Source: the human T2T-CHM13v2.0 reference genome, Homo sapiens. From it: a stretch of DNA of 64,000 nt. The stretch lies in NCBI RefSeq assembly GCF_009914755.1, contig NC_060928.1; one strand, 5' to 3'. Of this stretch, positions 1 through 13,460 are shown piece after piece. Made by a program: the position numbers and the translations under genes. The notes beneath the pieces were generated by a model. That model had not been told where the DNA came from. It was given only the letters and a program-made list of their open reading frames with translations, and searched no databases. Each line of letters opens with the position of its first letter. Within the stretch, counting starts at the first letter, position 1.

Positions 1-683
1 AAACACTATGCTCAAAAAAAAGATCACTGGTATCAAAACTTCTGATATTTTTTTCAAGAGAAGTGTTATCCACACATATAAGTGGAATCTCTCAGTTCTA
101 ATTAAGAATGAGATATAAATACTGTGTAGGCCAACACTGTATGAGTCAAACAAAATACATCTGTGGACCATCTGTGGCCCTCTAGCTGCCAGTTTGCAAC
201 CTCTGATAGGAAAACATACTCAGTATAACACTTAAATTTGTTAAGGGCAAACATAGCATGGAGCCAAGAGAGGCAGAACTGAGATGAAAGAATAAAATGT
301 TTCCAAATGTATTTATTTTTCTTCTCCTTTTTCCATTATTTGAAAAACAGTATATAAAGCAATGAGCAATATCTTTAAAGGGGAGGGTAAACCCTGTTCA
401 ACAGACTGTTTAATAAATTAAGAATAATTGTATCACACCTAGATACGTTTTAAAAATGTGAACTCCATTCTAGAAAGTAAGGCTAAACAAAAACTGATGT
501 AGTGGAATTATCCTGTTATTTAATGTTTTTGGTAATTTCATTTCAAATTTATACAAAATTACAGAAATGGTCTGTGTAACTTGATGATTCCAAGTTGACT
601 TTAAATGACATGGGTGTTTTTCTCAGGCTGATTGTACTGCAGATAAATTTATGTATGTATACAGATGTAAAAGAAGTAAATGT

Positions 684-685
<2 letters not shown>

Positions 686-722
<37 letters not shown>

Positions 723-736
723 CACACACACACACA
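686..736. repeat. (CA)n microsatellite
   Basis: AC run with one TG interruption. Confidence 0.95.
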
Positions 737-2032
737 GAGTAAGGTTACCCTTCAACAAATTTTAAACATTTACTCCTGTCATATTCATATGGTACTTAAA
801 ACTTCAAATGTACTACTTCTGGCATTGTATATTCTATACAATTTAATATATGAGACAGTGTGATATCCTATAATGAATTTAAAATTAAGATACAAATGTA
901 GATAGGTGCATGGAATAACAAAAAGAACATGAAACAATGATTTTTTTCCGCTGTTGTTCATACTCTGCCTTTTAAGTCCAATCATAAACTCTATAGTGGG
1001 CGCTGTATTGTTACTGAGATTATATTCTACCAATAATATTCATTGGAATTCTGGGCTGCAAAGAATAGGTAAAATACATGTCCCAGAATTTCAATTTTTT
1101 GAGAAAACATTTGCTTTATGGATGAAAAAGCAACTTTGCTCTTAGGTTTAGGGAGAAATGAAGCAAACTCATATCTTGGCTCTGAATTATTTGTGAAAAA
1201 ATCGTGCTTATGGTCTCAAAATGGAAGAAGTACATTACTGTGTAAAAATAAAGCTAGCAGTGCATTTTTTTTCTGTGAAGACAGCAAATACGTAAGCATC
1301 ACTGGTTTCTAGTTTTCCTTTTATGAAAATAATAGCTCAATGCTGCTTCAAGGTTATATTATTTAAAAGATATACTGTGTGTGCAAACAGAGTACCTGTG
1401 AAGCTTTACAAAACATGTGTCTAAAACAGAGCTGTTTAGTTTGACAGAGTTTCAAATGCCAAGAGATTGTGTTGAATGCAAAATCAAGTTCTGAAAGTGA
1501 AGAGCTGAAAGGTAGTTGGATGGGTTTGAATCTTGACAAGGTTCAGCACTTCTTCATCTCAAGATGACAATCAACACATCCAAGATTCCTCTCAAGGTTT
1601 TCTAAACGGTGCCTTGGGATTGTCCATTAAGAAGCTTTTTGGTCTAATGCTTATATATTATACAAGGTATAATATACAAGGTAAATGCTTGTATTTTTTT
1701 AATCACAAGTACTATATCATTGTGCAATGTATTACATAGATGAAATAATTCAACACTCAAATTCTAAGAGATGAAAAATATGCCAAAGTGTTTCATTTCG
1801 CTGAATACACTGATACCTACAATCTGATAGTGCCCATAGGTATGCTTATTAGTGAAAGCTGGATAGAGAATGTGAAAATGCAGAAAGCATAATCCAGCCA
1901 CACTTTGAATGGAGTTCAGAAAAACAGAATCCTTTCCTGTATTTCACTCTCCTGTAACTCCAGAACCTACCAGTAGGTTGGGAAAATAGTTAAACCTTAA
2001 TACAGACTGGTATATAGATACAGAAATGAATG

Positions 2033-2064
2033 ACACACACTCACACACACACACACACACACAC
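2033..2064. repeat. (CA)n microsatellite
   Basis: CA run with one interruption. Confidence 0.9.
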
Positions 2065-4036
2065 AAATCATAATTTAAGATGTGTTATGAACACATAAAA
2101 AATCTAGGGTAACTGATTTCTAATCAGCATTCATAGGCCTGTGGGTAATATGCCAAAAAAGTGTTGAATCTGACTCCAGAGATCTGGGGCCAAGCAATGC
2201 CCAGCAGCCACACCTCCAAATTAGGAATCTGTCATTCCCTCATTTCCAAATACCTCATCAAGAAGCATAGATTAAGATGTCAATGTTACCTTATATTTAA
2301 CCTTAAATTTGCTCTGTTAGCAAAAATTAGAGTAATACAATTTCCATATGAAAAGGAGGACTGGTCACATTGCTCACTGCTCACTGCTCTAGCTAGAGAT
2401 GTCTAGACTGTGCACCATTCTCTGACTTTTCCTTCGCTCCCACCAGGTCCACATTCTTTTGCCAGAACATGAGGATGTACTTTTTTAGCTTACCTACTAG
2501 ATAGTCCTGGAACTCTAATCTATGAAGTCCTAGGATGCCCTGAATCATGCCTGAAGAGATATAGATGAATGGACCTATGTCCCATGAAACTAGAATATGA
2601 TCTGTTTCATTGCATTGCACTATAAATGTGTAATGGAAGGAATAAAAGAGAAAGGGCAAGAGAGGCAGGGAAAGGAAGAAAGAGGAAAGGCAGAAAAATA
2701 TTTATATGAATTGGTTGAACCAATCACTACAAAACACACTTTTTGTAAATATTGTGTTATCATGTATTTAGTAAGAAATTTAATTTGATATATAAGGTAG
2801 AGTGCTAACCTAAGAAGAGTTTAGGATTAAGATTTATTTATTTATTCCCAAAACTTCTTGTTTGCTACCTATGAGAATTTAGAAAACTTAATGTCTGTGA
2901 ATGCCAGCATTCTCATTAACTTGATAAATATAAGCATATCCATCTGAAAACATTGCTGAGGGAATTAAAGAAACTCATCTATGTGAAAGAGATGGGCTGG
3001 CATATCACCAACATGCATCTCTCATTTCTGTATAATACTGAAAATCCAAAACTTCTCAGTTTATTTGACTTCCATAAATTTTCCACTTATGACTTTATAT
3101 CTAGACCAATTCGTACCTCAAGTCTCTGAAGCCCAATTATGGAGGATGAAAGCTAAGGATATGGATTTAAATGTAATCAAATTCTCTTAAACTACATTAT
3201 AAATGGTGAAACAGCAGCAAAAACACACCCACTCTGACCACAGGCATCTAATCATCTTGAAGATAACGAGATTTACCTGGCAAGTTTATCTGGCCCAATA
3301 AAGCAATTTTTCTCCAGCTAAGTGTCAGGAATTACATCCATTAGTAAGTAATCTGTGAAAAGAGAAACAATTTAGGTTGCAATGTCTGATTGCTAGAGCT
3401 ATGCTAATCTTTCAATTCCCAACTCCGTCTGCTTTACAATGACATCTCCTTTTGCTACCTGTCTGTTTCTCAGTGAAAAAGGAAACGTGTTCTTTACCAT
3501 GCTTTTTTTTTTCCCCTTGGTCAGTGCCAAAGATCAAACATCCTGATTTCTATTGCAATTTAATGCCACTTCTCTTGTTTCCCATACCTATTTGGTCTAC
3601 TTCTATTAAAGGATGTAATTTCCCACATAGTTGCGTATGAGTGGTTTTGAGGAACAGTCTCTCCATAATCATTACATTAAAATATTTTTTAAAAAATTAA
3701 GCATAGAAAATTATATTTTGGATAGGTAAAATTTTTTTAGCTAAATTTGTTGCAGAGTAACTCCACTGTATATTAGCTTTTGTGAAAGTTTAAATAAAAT
3801 GAGCAGAGACCAGTTGAAACTCAGACACAATTGAACCTGAGACGTAAGTACTGGAGACTAGAACTGGCAACACAAAGCATCAATCAACCCCAGGACAGCC
3901 TAACATTTAATAAACTGCTGACATTGATGAGCATACGAGATTTCCAGGTTCATAATTAAACAAACAAAAACTGAGCTGAGATTATGTCACACTGGGATCC
4001 TTAACTATAACTTTCCCTTTCTGAGATCAAACAAAA

Positions 4037-4265
4037 CATAGTAGTTTAGAACAACCATTCTGGAGTTAGAAGTTTTACATTTTAATTCTAGCTTCACAGT
4101 GTACTAGCTGAGAGACCTCGTTCAAGTGACTTGATCTAAAATCTTAGTTACTCATATGAAAAATAATGATCCTAATGGTAACTTTCTTATAAGACTGTTG
4201 TAAAAATTGAGTTAAACAAAACATAATAAAGTATTTGAATGGTGATTTAAGTGCTCAATAAAGGT
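4037..4265 (+). mobile_element. MIR SINE
   Basis: Degenerate MIR core (ctagctgagagacc...caagtgacttga) and 3' end (aagtgctcaataaa). Confidence 0.7.
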
Positions 4266-4513
4266 TTAAATTTTTTAAATGAGCAGGTTAATTATAGTCA
4301 GACTGTTTCTTAGTGAATTAGGTTAAAGGAATGAGAGAGAACTATTTCCAAGGTGGGGACATATCTACCACTCAAATTAGAGAGTTTCTGCGGAGAGTTT
4401 TTATCCCTAGTTCATAGTATCATCAACCATGTCAAGTATTAGACAAGTTTTTCTAAATTCTTTTTCTATTTCATAGCAGAACAACCAGTTCGTACTGGTT
4501 TCTTTAGACAGGG

Positions 4514-4805
4514 TACGATGGATCAAACTGTATCATCTCAAAATTAATATATTGAAGTTCTAACTCCTAGTACCTTAAAATGTGACCTTATTTAGAAATA
4601 TGGAGTAGGGTTGGTCCCTAATTCCATACAAGTGTTTCCTTATAATAAGGGATATTTGGAGATAGGCATGCACAGAGTAAGATGAAGGCAGAAAGGGTAG
4701 TGCAGAAGTCAAGGATCGCCCAAGATTGCCAGCAAATCTCCAGAAGCTGGGGGAGAGGCTTGGGACAGTTCCTTCCCTCACTGCCCTCAGGAAGAATCAA
4801 CCCTG
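4514..4805 (+). mobile_element. MLT1B/C-like MaLR LTR, 5' part
   Basis: ttgaagttctaactcctagtacc...atgtgaccttattt; gattgccagcaaa...cagaagct; ends caaccctg. Confidence 0.8.
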
Positions 4806-4810
4806 GGTTG

Positions 4811-5082
4811 ATTCATCTCCTGGGTCAGGTGACTCCTTCCTTTAGGAAGAAGCTGACCATATAACAGCTCAGCTGATCACAACAGAGGAGGGATTTGCAT
4901 GGAAAGGCAATCATCATCATGTTCCTTTATTTCCAAGTCCTAACGATCTGAACTCCGCTACACCCTCCCAGTACTGACAACACCTTCCAAGTCTCCTCTT
5001 TTTCTTTCCACAGCTCTGATTCTGCTGAGGTTCCACCTTAACTTTCATCATGAGTCCTAACTCTGTGGCCAGTGACCTTACC
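4811..5082 (+). repeat. 272-bp duplicated segment (derived copy)
   Basis: Matches 6496-6767 except at 4888 (G vs A) and 4994 (T vs C). Confidence 0.97.
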
Positions 5083-5179
5083 AACAGCTTCATCTCAGAT
5101 TTTTGGCCTGGACTGTGAGACAACACATTTCTACGTAGTTCAGGTACTTTCTTACAGCAGCTCTAGAGGGCCCTATGTA
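5083..5179 (+). mobile_element. MLT1B/C-like MaLR LTR, 3' part
   Basis: aacagcttcatctcagat...actgtgagacaacacatttct...ggtactttcttacagcagc continues the LTR broken at 4805. Confidence 0.75.
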
Positions 5180-5301
5180 GAGTATAACTTTCAACTTAAT
5201 TGAAAGCAACTTGTACTGGCCTAGAATTATTTTGCTTTTTAATGTACTTTGGCCATCTCTACTCTGATTTATTAGTAACATTTCAACTCTCAGAAAGTGT
5301 A

Positions 5302-5762
5302 TGTATCAGTCAGCATCCCAGTAAGAAACAGGCAACACTCACAGCTGAGATGTTTGTGAAAATGAAAGATCTATCTGCAAGAGATATAGACAAGTTTAAG
5401 GAAAACCACAGATGTGTTGAGACACCCAAGAAGTAGCAATAGCAATCAGCTGATACCACCCCCCTAGCACTGATAGAGAAAGAAGAGAAAATGGAATCAC
5501 TAAAGTCTGGGTCATAATATAAATGCTACCAGGCAGAAGCCGCCCCTTGGCAAGGCATAGCCAGAACCACATTGAATCAGAAATACAGTTGTAGGAAAAA
5601 ACTACTCTGAGCTACAGGAGTCTCCCGTTAGCTGATGCCAACCAGAAACCAGAGGGAAAGGAGTTCCAGGTGATGCAGATCATAGGAGCAAGCCTTCCTG
5701 GGCACAGAGCAAGACAGAGATGGGCAGAGAACAGATCTGAGGGCAAAGGGAAGAGAACAGGA
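5302..5762 (-). mobile_element. Old ERVL LTR (LTR33-like)
   Basis: tgtatcagtcagcatcccagtaagaaacag start; ccagaaaccagagggaaagg, gggcacagagca motifs. Confidence 0.55.
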
Positions 5763-5784
5763 TCCAAGGTCCATTACGACCCTT

Positions 5785-6530
5785 GGGGCTATAAGTAATA
5801 AATTGCCAAATTAAAAGTGTATTAAGCAAAATTTAATTAATTTTTTATTTATAAAAAATGTTTGATTATAGAAAATTTTAGAGTTGGTTTAGCAGCTTGA
5901 CCACACTCAGATAACTAGCAGTTATTGTGGTGCTGAATTTCAAGAGTCTCCTAATTTTTTCTCACGATCGAAGAAGACCTGCATATCCAAACATCACATC
6001 ATTACACAAGTGAGCACAACTACAAAAAGGAGACAGTTAGTGAGGTTTCTCACCATTTTTTTTTTGAGAGATAATCTTTCACTCTATTGCCCAGGCTGGA
6101 GTGCAGTGGCACAATCATAGCTCACTGCAGCCTTAGACTCTTGGGTTCAAGGTCTTCCCACATCAGCCTCCCAAGTAGCTGAGACTACAAGTGCCCGCAA
6201 CCACAACCAGCTATTTTTTGTATTTTTTGTAGAGACGGGGGTCTTACTATGTTGCTCAAGCTGGTCTGTGACTCTTGGCCTAAAGCAGTCTACCTGCCTC
6301 GGCCTCCCAAAGCATCGAGCTTACTGGCATCTCCAGCCCTCAGCTTTTTCTTTTTACTTCTCTCTTTTTCTAAATATGGTATTTTTTTCCTGGAACAGTC
6401 CCCTTTTATCTTATTGGCCACATATGTGTCACAAAACTACCAGGAATCCTAACACTAGCAAAAGGAAATGGAAACATCATGATTGTCTTTTAACTATTCA
6501 TCTCCTGGGTCAGGTGACTCCTTCCTTTAG
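5785..6530 (-). mobile_element. Old MLT1-type (J/K/L-like) LTR interrupted by an Alu
   Basis: Degenerate ends; tcttattggccacatatgtgtcaca motif. Confidence 0.4.
6056..6339 (-). mobile_element. AluJ
   Basis: Dimeric Alu with T tract; J-type atcatagctcactgcagcct; highly diverged. Confidence 0.9.
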
Positions 6531-6767
6531 GAAGAAGCTGACCATATAACAGCTCAGCTGATCACAACAGAGAAGGGATTTGCATGGAAAGGCAATCATC
6601 ATCATGTTCCTTTATTTCCAAGTCCTAACGATCTGAACTCCGCTACACCCTCCCAGTACTGACAACACCTTCCAAGTCCCCTCTTTTTCTTTCCACAGCT
6701 CTGATTCTGCTGAGGTTCCACCTTAACTTTCATCATGAGTCCTAACTCTGTGGCCAGTGACCTTACC
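6496..6767 (+). repeat. 272-bp duplicated segment (donor copy)
   Basis: Offset 1685 bp from 4811-5082; its right end runs on into a MIR core. Confidence 0.97.
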
Positions 6768-6810
6768 TATCACTTAACCTGTCTCTGCCTCAGTTTACTC
6801 ATTGAATTGA
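6735..6810 (+). mobile_element. MIR core fragment
   Basis: gtgacctt...cacttaacctgtctctgcctcagtttactcat. Confidence 0.7.
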
Positions 6811-6998
6811 GGCACAGTATGATTTTAAAATGTGATTGAGTCTTTTATCATCATCATAGTGATACATAGATAAGTGGGAATATATAGAGTTGAGGTAGGC
6901 TTCTGCAGTAAGACCAGAGATTTAGCTCAAGAATTAATATCAATATCAATTTTTTAACAAATGAATATTAGTGATAATATAAAAATCATTTCAAAATA

Positions 6999-7130
6999 AG
7001 TGACAGAAAGCCTGACTTTAATCTCATTTCCTACTTACTTGCATTGTGACCTTCATTCAGGAAGTAAAGTCTTGTAAACTCTCTGGGCTTATTTCTTCAC
7101 CTATTAGATGAAGAGGTTAATTTAGAGTTT
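6999..7130 (+). mobile_element. MIR fragment
   Basis: tacttacttgcattgtgacctt...aactctctgggcttatttcttcacct. Confidence 0.5.
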
Positions 7131-8693
7131 TAACCTTATGACTATCTCGCAGAATATCTATGAGCACTTTATGATATTGATTACACTCTGAAATTTAAGA
7201 TCAATACATAATAGTAACTAACATTTGTTTAGTGTCAACATATTAAATGCTTCTGGGGTGGAGGAGGGGCAGAATTATGAACTATATTTGCTAATTCTCT
7301 TAAAGTATGACCTTACACCTTCTTTGAGATTTTTCTCTATTCTTCTTGGTGAATATTAATATGCTAATATACTAACTAGAAATATGACACATGCCCCAGT
7401 TTCATAAAGCACAGCTAGCCTAGGTGGTTTAGGTTCATTTTCACATAGTGAGCCAATCTCCTGACACCAGTTGGTTACACGCTTCTGCAGGTGATCACAA
7501 TACACACTGAAGAGCAAGAGAGATTCCTGTCTTTAGAAAACTTAAAGTCATAGAGTCACAGCTATCATTTCCCCACATGCTCCTCAATTTTGACAGATCC
7601 ACAGCAGTCAAATTTCATTCTTTAGTGTCTTGAAAAAGTCATCTTCACATTTTCATTTTGGAGGAAAACCAGCCTTAGAACAGTTTAAATAATTTACTTA
7701 TATAGGGGCCTTTTGTATTTTAAAAGCATAGGCAAGTTCAAAATGCTCTCAATTACATGTTCTTAAGGTTCTCAGTAAATATACCTCCATTTTTGCAGAG
7801 TTTATAATACTTTTAAACTATTAAGTTATCAGACTCCCCAAATTATTCAGGAGAAATATTTCCTTCTTAGACTTGTCCTTAAGAAGATCAAACAATACTT
7901 AGTCTCCCTGCGGAAATGACAATTGATCCTTTCTTTTTACATGAAACCTACCAACTTTAAATAAGCATCTAAGTCATTTTAATATTTTCTCATCAGAAAT
8001 CTACATTAAAAATAAGTATGAGGATGGGTTTAAACACCGTTTGGTATTTACAGTAGACAGCTGTGGCGCCATCATTTTTCACAATAAGCCTAGAAATATG
8101 TATTCTACATTAGTGGAATATTAGATAAATAGAGTTTTACAAGGTGAGGGAATCTATTTATTACATGTGCATGTGAGAATACAGCCTATGTAATCTTCAA
8201 ATGATAAACAATTTTAAAATACTAAAGCATCTGCACTATTTTATCACTGAATTTAGACACATTTAAAAGCCTCTATGTATTCAACCTTTGCCTTCAATAA
8301 ATTCACTTGATACATACATAATTAGAATTTTTCCTTTGGAGATATTTCTCAAACTTAACCTTTATTTTAAAAAACGTACTACCACCATTAGGGCTATTTA
8401 GAGCAAAAAATATACATCTACTATGATTTGGACTTAATTTATTTACTAGAATTTTTCCTTTCAACCACTTTTGTTCTATGAAATAGGGTGAGCCTATTAT
8501 GTCAGAAATATTCTGAATCCTTTGACAAGAGGGTCAGATGTGCCTCATGGACTGAGGGTGGAGGTCAAGCTATGAAATTTTCTGTAGTTGGATCAGGTCA
8601 CTGATCACTAGTGCTGATGTTGGGAGGGGTAAACAAATAAGATTAGAACTCAGTCTTTTGATTCTCATTTCAGAACCCTTTTAGCATTATTAC

Positions 8694-9082
8694 TGATATG
8701 TTTGGCTCTGAGTCCCCACCCAAATCTCATCTTCAATTGTAATCCCCACATGTCAAGGGAGGGACCTGGAAGGAGGTGGTTGGATCATGGGGACGGTTTC
8801 CCTCCCATGCTATTCGCATGATAATGAGTGAAGAGCTGATGGTTTTAAAAGTGTTTAGCAGTTCCCCCTTTGCTCTCTTTCTCTCTCTCTCTCTCTCATC
8901 CCCTCTCTCTCTTCTGCCACCATGTAAGATGTGCCTTGCTTCCCCTTCACCTCCAGTCATGATTGTAAGTTTTCTGAGGCATCCCTACCCAGGTGGAACT
9001 GTGAGTCAATTAAACCTCTTTCCTTTAAAAATTTCCCAGTCTCAGGTCATTCTTTATAGCAGTGTGAAAATAGACTAACACA
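8694..9082 (+). mobile_element. THE1D-like solo LTR (MaLR)
   Basis: tgatatgtttggctctg...gactaacaca; 5-bp TSD attac at 8689-8693 and 9083-9087. Confidence 0.92.
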
Positions 9083-10466
9083 ATTACTAATATAGTTCTT
9101 CTGTCTCCCATCTGAAATTATGTTTGTCTTGATGTCCTTTCCTTCTTTGACTTCAAAATGACTTCAAAATTTCAACTCAGGAGGGCAATAGTGTCTTGTC
9201 TGACTGTAACAGAATTACAACCCTCTTATTGTGTTTTATCTTCAAAGACTTGATATGCTAAAGGTAAGTCTAAGTTGAAACATGGTGAAAGCAATTGTAA
9301 CAAATGTGGTAGAGCCATTGTTTTCCTGAATGTATCACTAGACATTCAGAATTTATAAGAGAGCAGAATTTGAATAATCTACCATGCTATGTTTCCAATG
9401 AGAATGTGCTACAAAGGAAGATGTCATCTGACACACAATCCACAAAACGATGCTACCAGAGTTTGCCTCTGCTCATGGAAAATGGAACTATCACTTCTTC
9501 ACTTATCCCAGTTATTGACTCAGTCCTTCATATACTGCCAGAAAGTGTTCTGGGCACTTTAAGGAGGTACTTTTAATCAGTTCTTTACTCAAGCAAGCAA
9601 GTTCTTTACACTAAGCAAATGGGGGCCCTGAAAATTGTAGTGAGAAGCACAGAGCCTAGTGTAGAGGGAGAATCAGATTATGTGTCCCTGGTCCACCAAG
9701 CACATGCCACAAAACCCTCCCCATTTGTACATCCAAAATGTGGGAGGAGGGTATGGGATGGCCCCTACCCCTCTGAGTGTGTTTCACATGCACCTCCCTA
9801 GCTCTTTATCTCTTTCCTTTCTCTCCTCACTTTCCAAATTGCTTTTTTAAAAACATATCTGCTTTGGGTATCCTTCAATAAATTGCAAATCTCAGTGCTT
9901 TTACTTTCAAATGTCTTACTAATTTCATATACTTGGTTTTGTACTTGGTGGTTTTCCTCTAGCCAGCACCTTTCAGAATTGCCTAAAAATGTGACATCTG
10001 TTCTTCTGACTATTTGCTCATTCTGAATGAGCTGAAGTGAACTGGTCCTCCAGCTTGCTAAGGAGCATGGGAGGGAGAAAACAATGGCAGAGTGACAAAG
10101 GGTCTAACTCTTGGCTATGTTTGTTCTTCCCATAAATTCTTGATATTAAAGTCATCTCCCCACCAAAATGGTTGGTTTCTTTCAGAGAACCTTATGTGAC
10201 CAATGTAAATCACATTAGTACACTAATTATCCATATTGACTATTCCTTGCAAACTAGTGTACTCTTCTAATGAGCCTGTGAGAATATGTATACACTTCTT
10301 GACTTGGTCAATATTACATCTTTTCCTCCTTCACTGCCCTCACTGATTCCTGTTGATTTTTTCTAACAAATACTTCTGAAATCCATCTATTTATCTCCAT
10401 TTGCCCTTTATCTTCTCCAAGACTATGGGAGTTCCTCTTAATTTGTTATCCAGTTTCCTCTTACCG

Positions 10467-10676
10467 TGTTACCCTAGAACTATGAAGTTAAGGGCACAAT
10501 CCTCCAGACTGACAAGTCTACTCAGGATTTTTGACCTCTATGGCAAGAAGTTAGTGTCCACCTACAAAATTTGAGAAAATGTCCACACAAGATCACTCTC
10601 ATTTCTGACACCAACTGCAAGTTTGGTGGGTATATTAGCCAAGGTTTCCCAGAGAAATAGAACCAATAGAGTGTGT

Positions 10677-10713
<37 letters not shown>

Positions 10714-11651
10714 AGTGAGAAGGAGAGACAAAGAAAGCAAGAAAGAGATTTTAAGAAACTAGCTCACGCAATTGTGGAGGCTTAGTACGTCCAAACTCTG
10801 AAAGGCAGGCCAGAAGGCTGAAGAGCCATGGTTTGCAGTTCAAATCCAAAGGCACTCTGCTAGCAGAATTTATTTTTGCTCAAGGGAGGTCAGTGTTTGT
10901 TCTATTAGGGCCCTCACCTGATAGAATGAGGCCCATTCACATTATGGAAGATAACCTACCTTACTCAAAATTCACCAATTTAAATGTTAATCTCATTCAA
11001 AAACCACCTTCACTGAAATATCTAGAATAGTGTTTCACCAAATATTTGGGCATGATGGCACAGCCAAACTGACACATAAAATTAACCATCAAAGGGCTTC
11101 ACCCAAAACCATCCTCACATTCAATAATTCACTAAAAAGGTGCAAAGAACTCATATAAACCTATTATACTCACAGTTACATTTATTGCAGGCAAAAGATG
11201 TAGAAAATCAGCCAAAGGAAGATTTGAATAAAACAGAGTCCTCTCAGAGACTCCTTAGAACATGTTACCCTCTCAGTATTAATGGGTGACAGTATGCATG
11301 ATGTACTGACAACCCAGGATGCTCACATGAGCTTTGAAGTCCAGAGTTACGATTAGGGCTTCATTATATAGGCAAGACTGATTGATTAACTGCCCATGTT
11401 GTTAAAGTCAATCTCCAGTCCTCACTCCTCCGTGAAGGTCAGGCTGATACCACATGGCCAAAGGATACCACTATAGGTCCTGTTATTATCATAAAACCAT
11501 CAGATATGGTCCATGGGGACCCAATGTAAATAACAAAGACACTCCACAATCCTATTACTCAGGAAATTCCAAGGATTTAGAGATCAACTGACAGGAGTCT
11601 AGGACAAAGACCAGAGCACTTTTGGGGTGAAGCCAATTTCCTTAGTACACA
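10467..11651 (-). mobile_element. MER68/MER77/MER21-family ERVL LTR split by an MLT2
   Basis: tctgacaccaactgcaagtttgg; tactcaggaaattccaagg; ends ttccttagtacaca. Confidence 0.65.
10631..11093 (-). mobile_element. MLT2-family (ERVL) LTR containing (CA)n
   Basis: tatattagccaaggtttcccagagaaatagaacc...tgacacataaaattaaccatc. Confidence 0.85.
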
Positions 11652-13349
11652 CTGTTCACCTTCATCCACACTTCACTCCTTCTAATCAACGTTGCTGTTT
11701 ACACCCAGCTGCTAGACTGATGTATCCTTCATGGTTACCTATTTCTCTCACAACAAAATGTCATATACAATTTGGTTCCTATTTCCTTAGCCTAATTTTG
11801 AGTTATGTTCCTCCTTCCGTCTCTCAACCACAGTTATGCTGTCGTCCTCTAGTCCCTTTATCACAGGACTTTTACAAGGGCTGTTTCCTCCACCTTAACT
11901 GTTCTTTCTCCTTTTTTCTTAGTTAACTAGTACTTCATACCTCTCATTTATTAGCTCTAGGTTGTAGTTTTTGATTATATGATTAAAGTTTTCTTTCCCG
12001 CAAGATCCTCAGCTGCATCAGGCAGTAATCTTGTTTGGTTTTGATCCTTATTTTATCCCAGTTTTCAGTACATAATAAATATGAATTAATAAACGCTTAC
12101 TCTACTTGACAATGAAGATGAAGGGCATATGCTCAAACTGATTCACCCCAGGTGCAGGAATATGCCTTGATGAATAGACTTATTCTCCCCATCAGCACAC
12201 AATATCTGTGGAGCACCCAAGTGCAAAGCTTTGTGTAATACAAATTTGTGCTATAGAAAACATCGCTCATGGGGAAGATATTCAGAGACACTATGCCACA
12301 CAACTAGAAGTAACAAAGAAATGAGCTCTGTTATAAATGAGATTGATGTCGATCTTTTATTATTTCAGATAATAGTAACTAAACTGTCTGCAAGGTTTCA
12401 TTCAAATACCTATAAATAAACTAATATTATTACATTTAACACAGATTTGAGCTTGCTTTCTGTTTAGGACCACAGAGCTAGCGAGGCACATGTCGACAAC
12501 AAAACTGCCAATAAGAATCCGCATGAGATTTGGGTAATGAGTTGTGCTGATCAGAACATGCTCTCATTATTTGTTTGCATACACCCTGGTGTGTCATCTC
12601 AGCACACGTGCAGAGACGGAGAAAGCATGGCCTGGTCATGTGTTTGCTTCTTTCTTTCCAACACAGATGTTTGGCAGCACTCAGGAGACAGGGCATTGCA
12701 CTAATACTGTGCCACGTTTGTGTTTGTGTTTATCTTCAAATGTATCTAACTGGTTTGAAGCCATAAATCTTTTACCCATAATTACAATTACAGCTCTGGG
12801 TGACATTGTAGATAGCTTGATACATTTCAAAAAAGGTAGGAGAGTTTGCTTCTGGGAATTAATGGGTGAATATAATGATTCTGGAAGCAACAATATGTAT
12901 CATAAAGAATCCAAATCAATATTGTTATGGTGGAAGCTGGTATGTTTGTCACTACTTTCTTTTCAAGCAAAAAGAAATAAATAAAAACTGGGACAAACAG
13001 CTAGCAGTTGCACAAAAACTAGAATTCTAAATGCACAGGTTCTTTCCAAAGACAATAGGAAATAGAGAATTTGAGGAATTATACAATGAATTCATCACCC
13101 AGTGGAGATAAGTTTTATTGCCCATACCTCCAAACACCCTGAAACATGAATTTGTCTTGAACTCCCTACTTATCTTCCAAGTGCCTTACACTTGAAACCA
13201 CTTACAAGGAGGAAAGGACACAGAACTAAACTGAGATAGATAAAAATTATAAAATTTAGGTACATAAACCCTTTGGGGGTAAACTGAGTTTAAATATGTA
13301 CATCTTCAGAATTGCTGAAACGTATGCTTTAAAACTAAATGACATTAAT

Positions 13350-13460
13350 CTGTGCCACGTGTCTATTGTATGCTAGGTACTGAGCAGCTCTATTATTTCC
13401 TCATTTTGTAGAAAAAGGACTAAACATCTAAAATATTGAATAACTTGTCCAAGATGGTAA
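13350..13460 (-). mobile_element. MIR fragment
   Basis: tattatttcctcattttgtaga...taacttgtccaagat. Confidence 0.55.

Noticed and set aside
125-206. Possible hAT-Charlie (MER102/MER58-like) terminus ccagtttgcaacctctg
   Set aside because: Too short and degenerate to assign
4682-6549. Two ORFs sharing the C-terminus IHLLGQVTPSFRKKLTI
   Set aside because: By-product of the 272-bp duplication, not paralogous genes
12544-12984. 146-aa ORF in unique sequence
   Set aside because: Non-ATG start, no recognisable domain, composition typical of non-coding DNA
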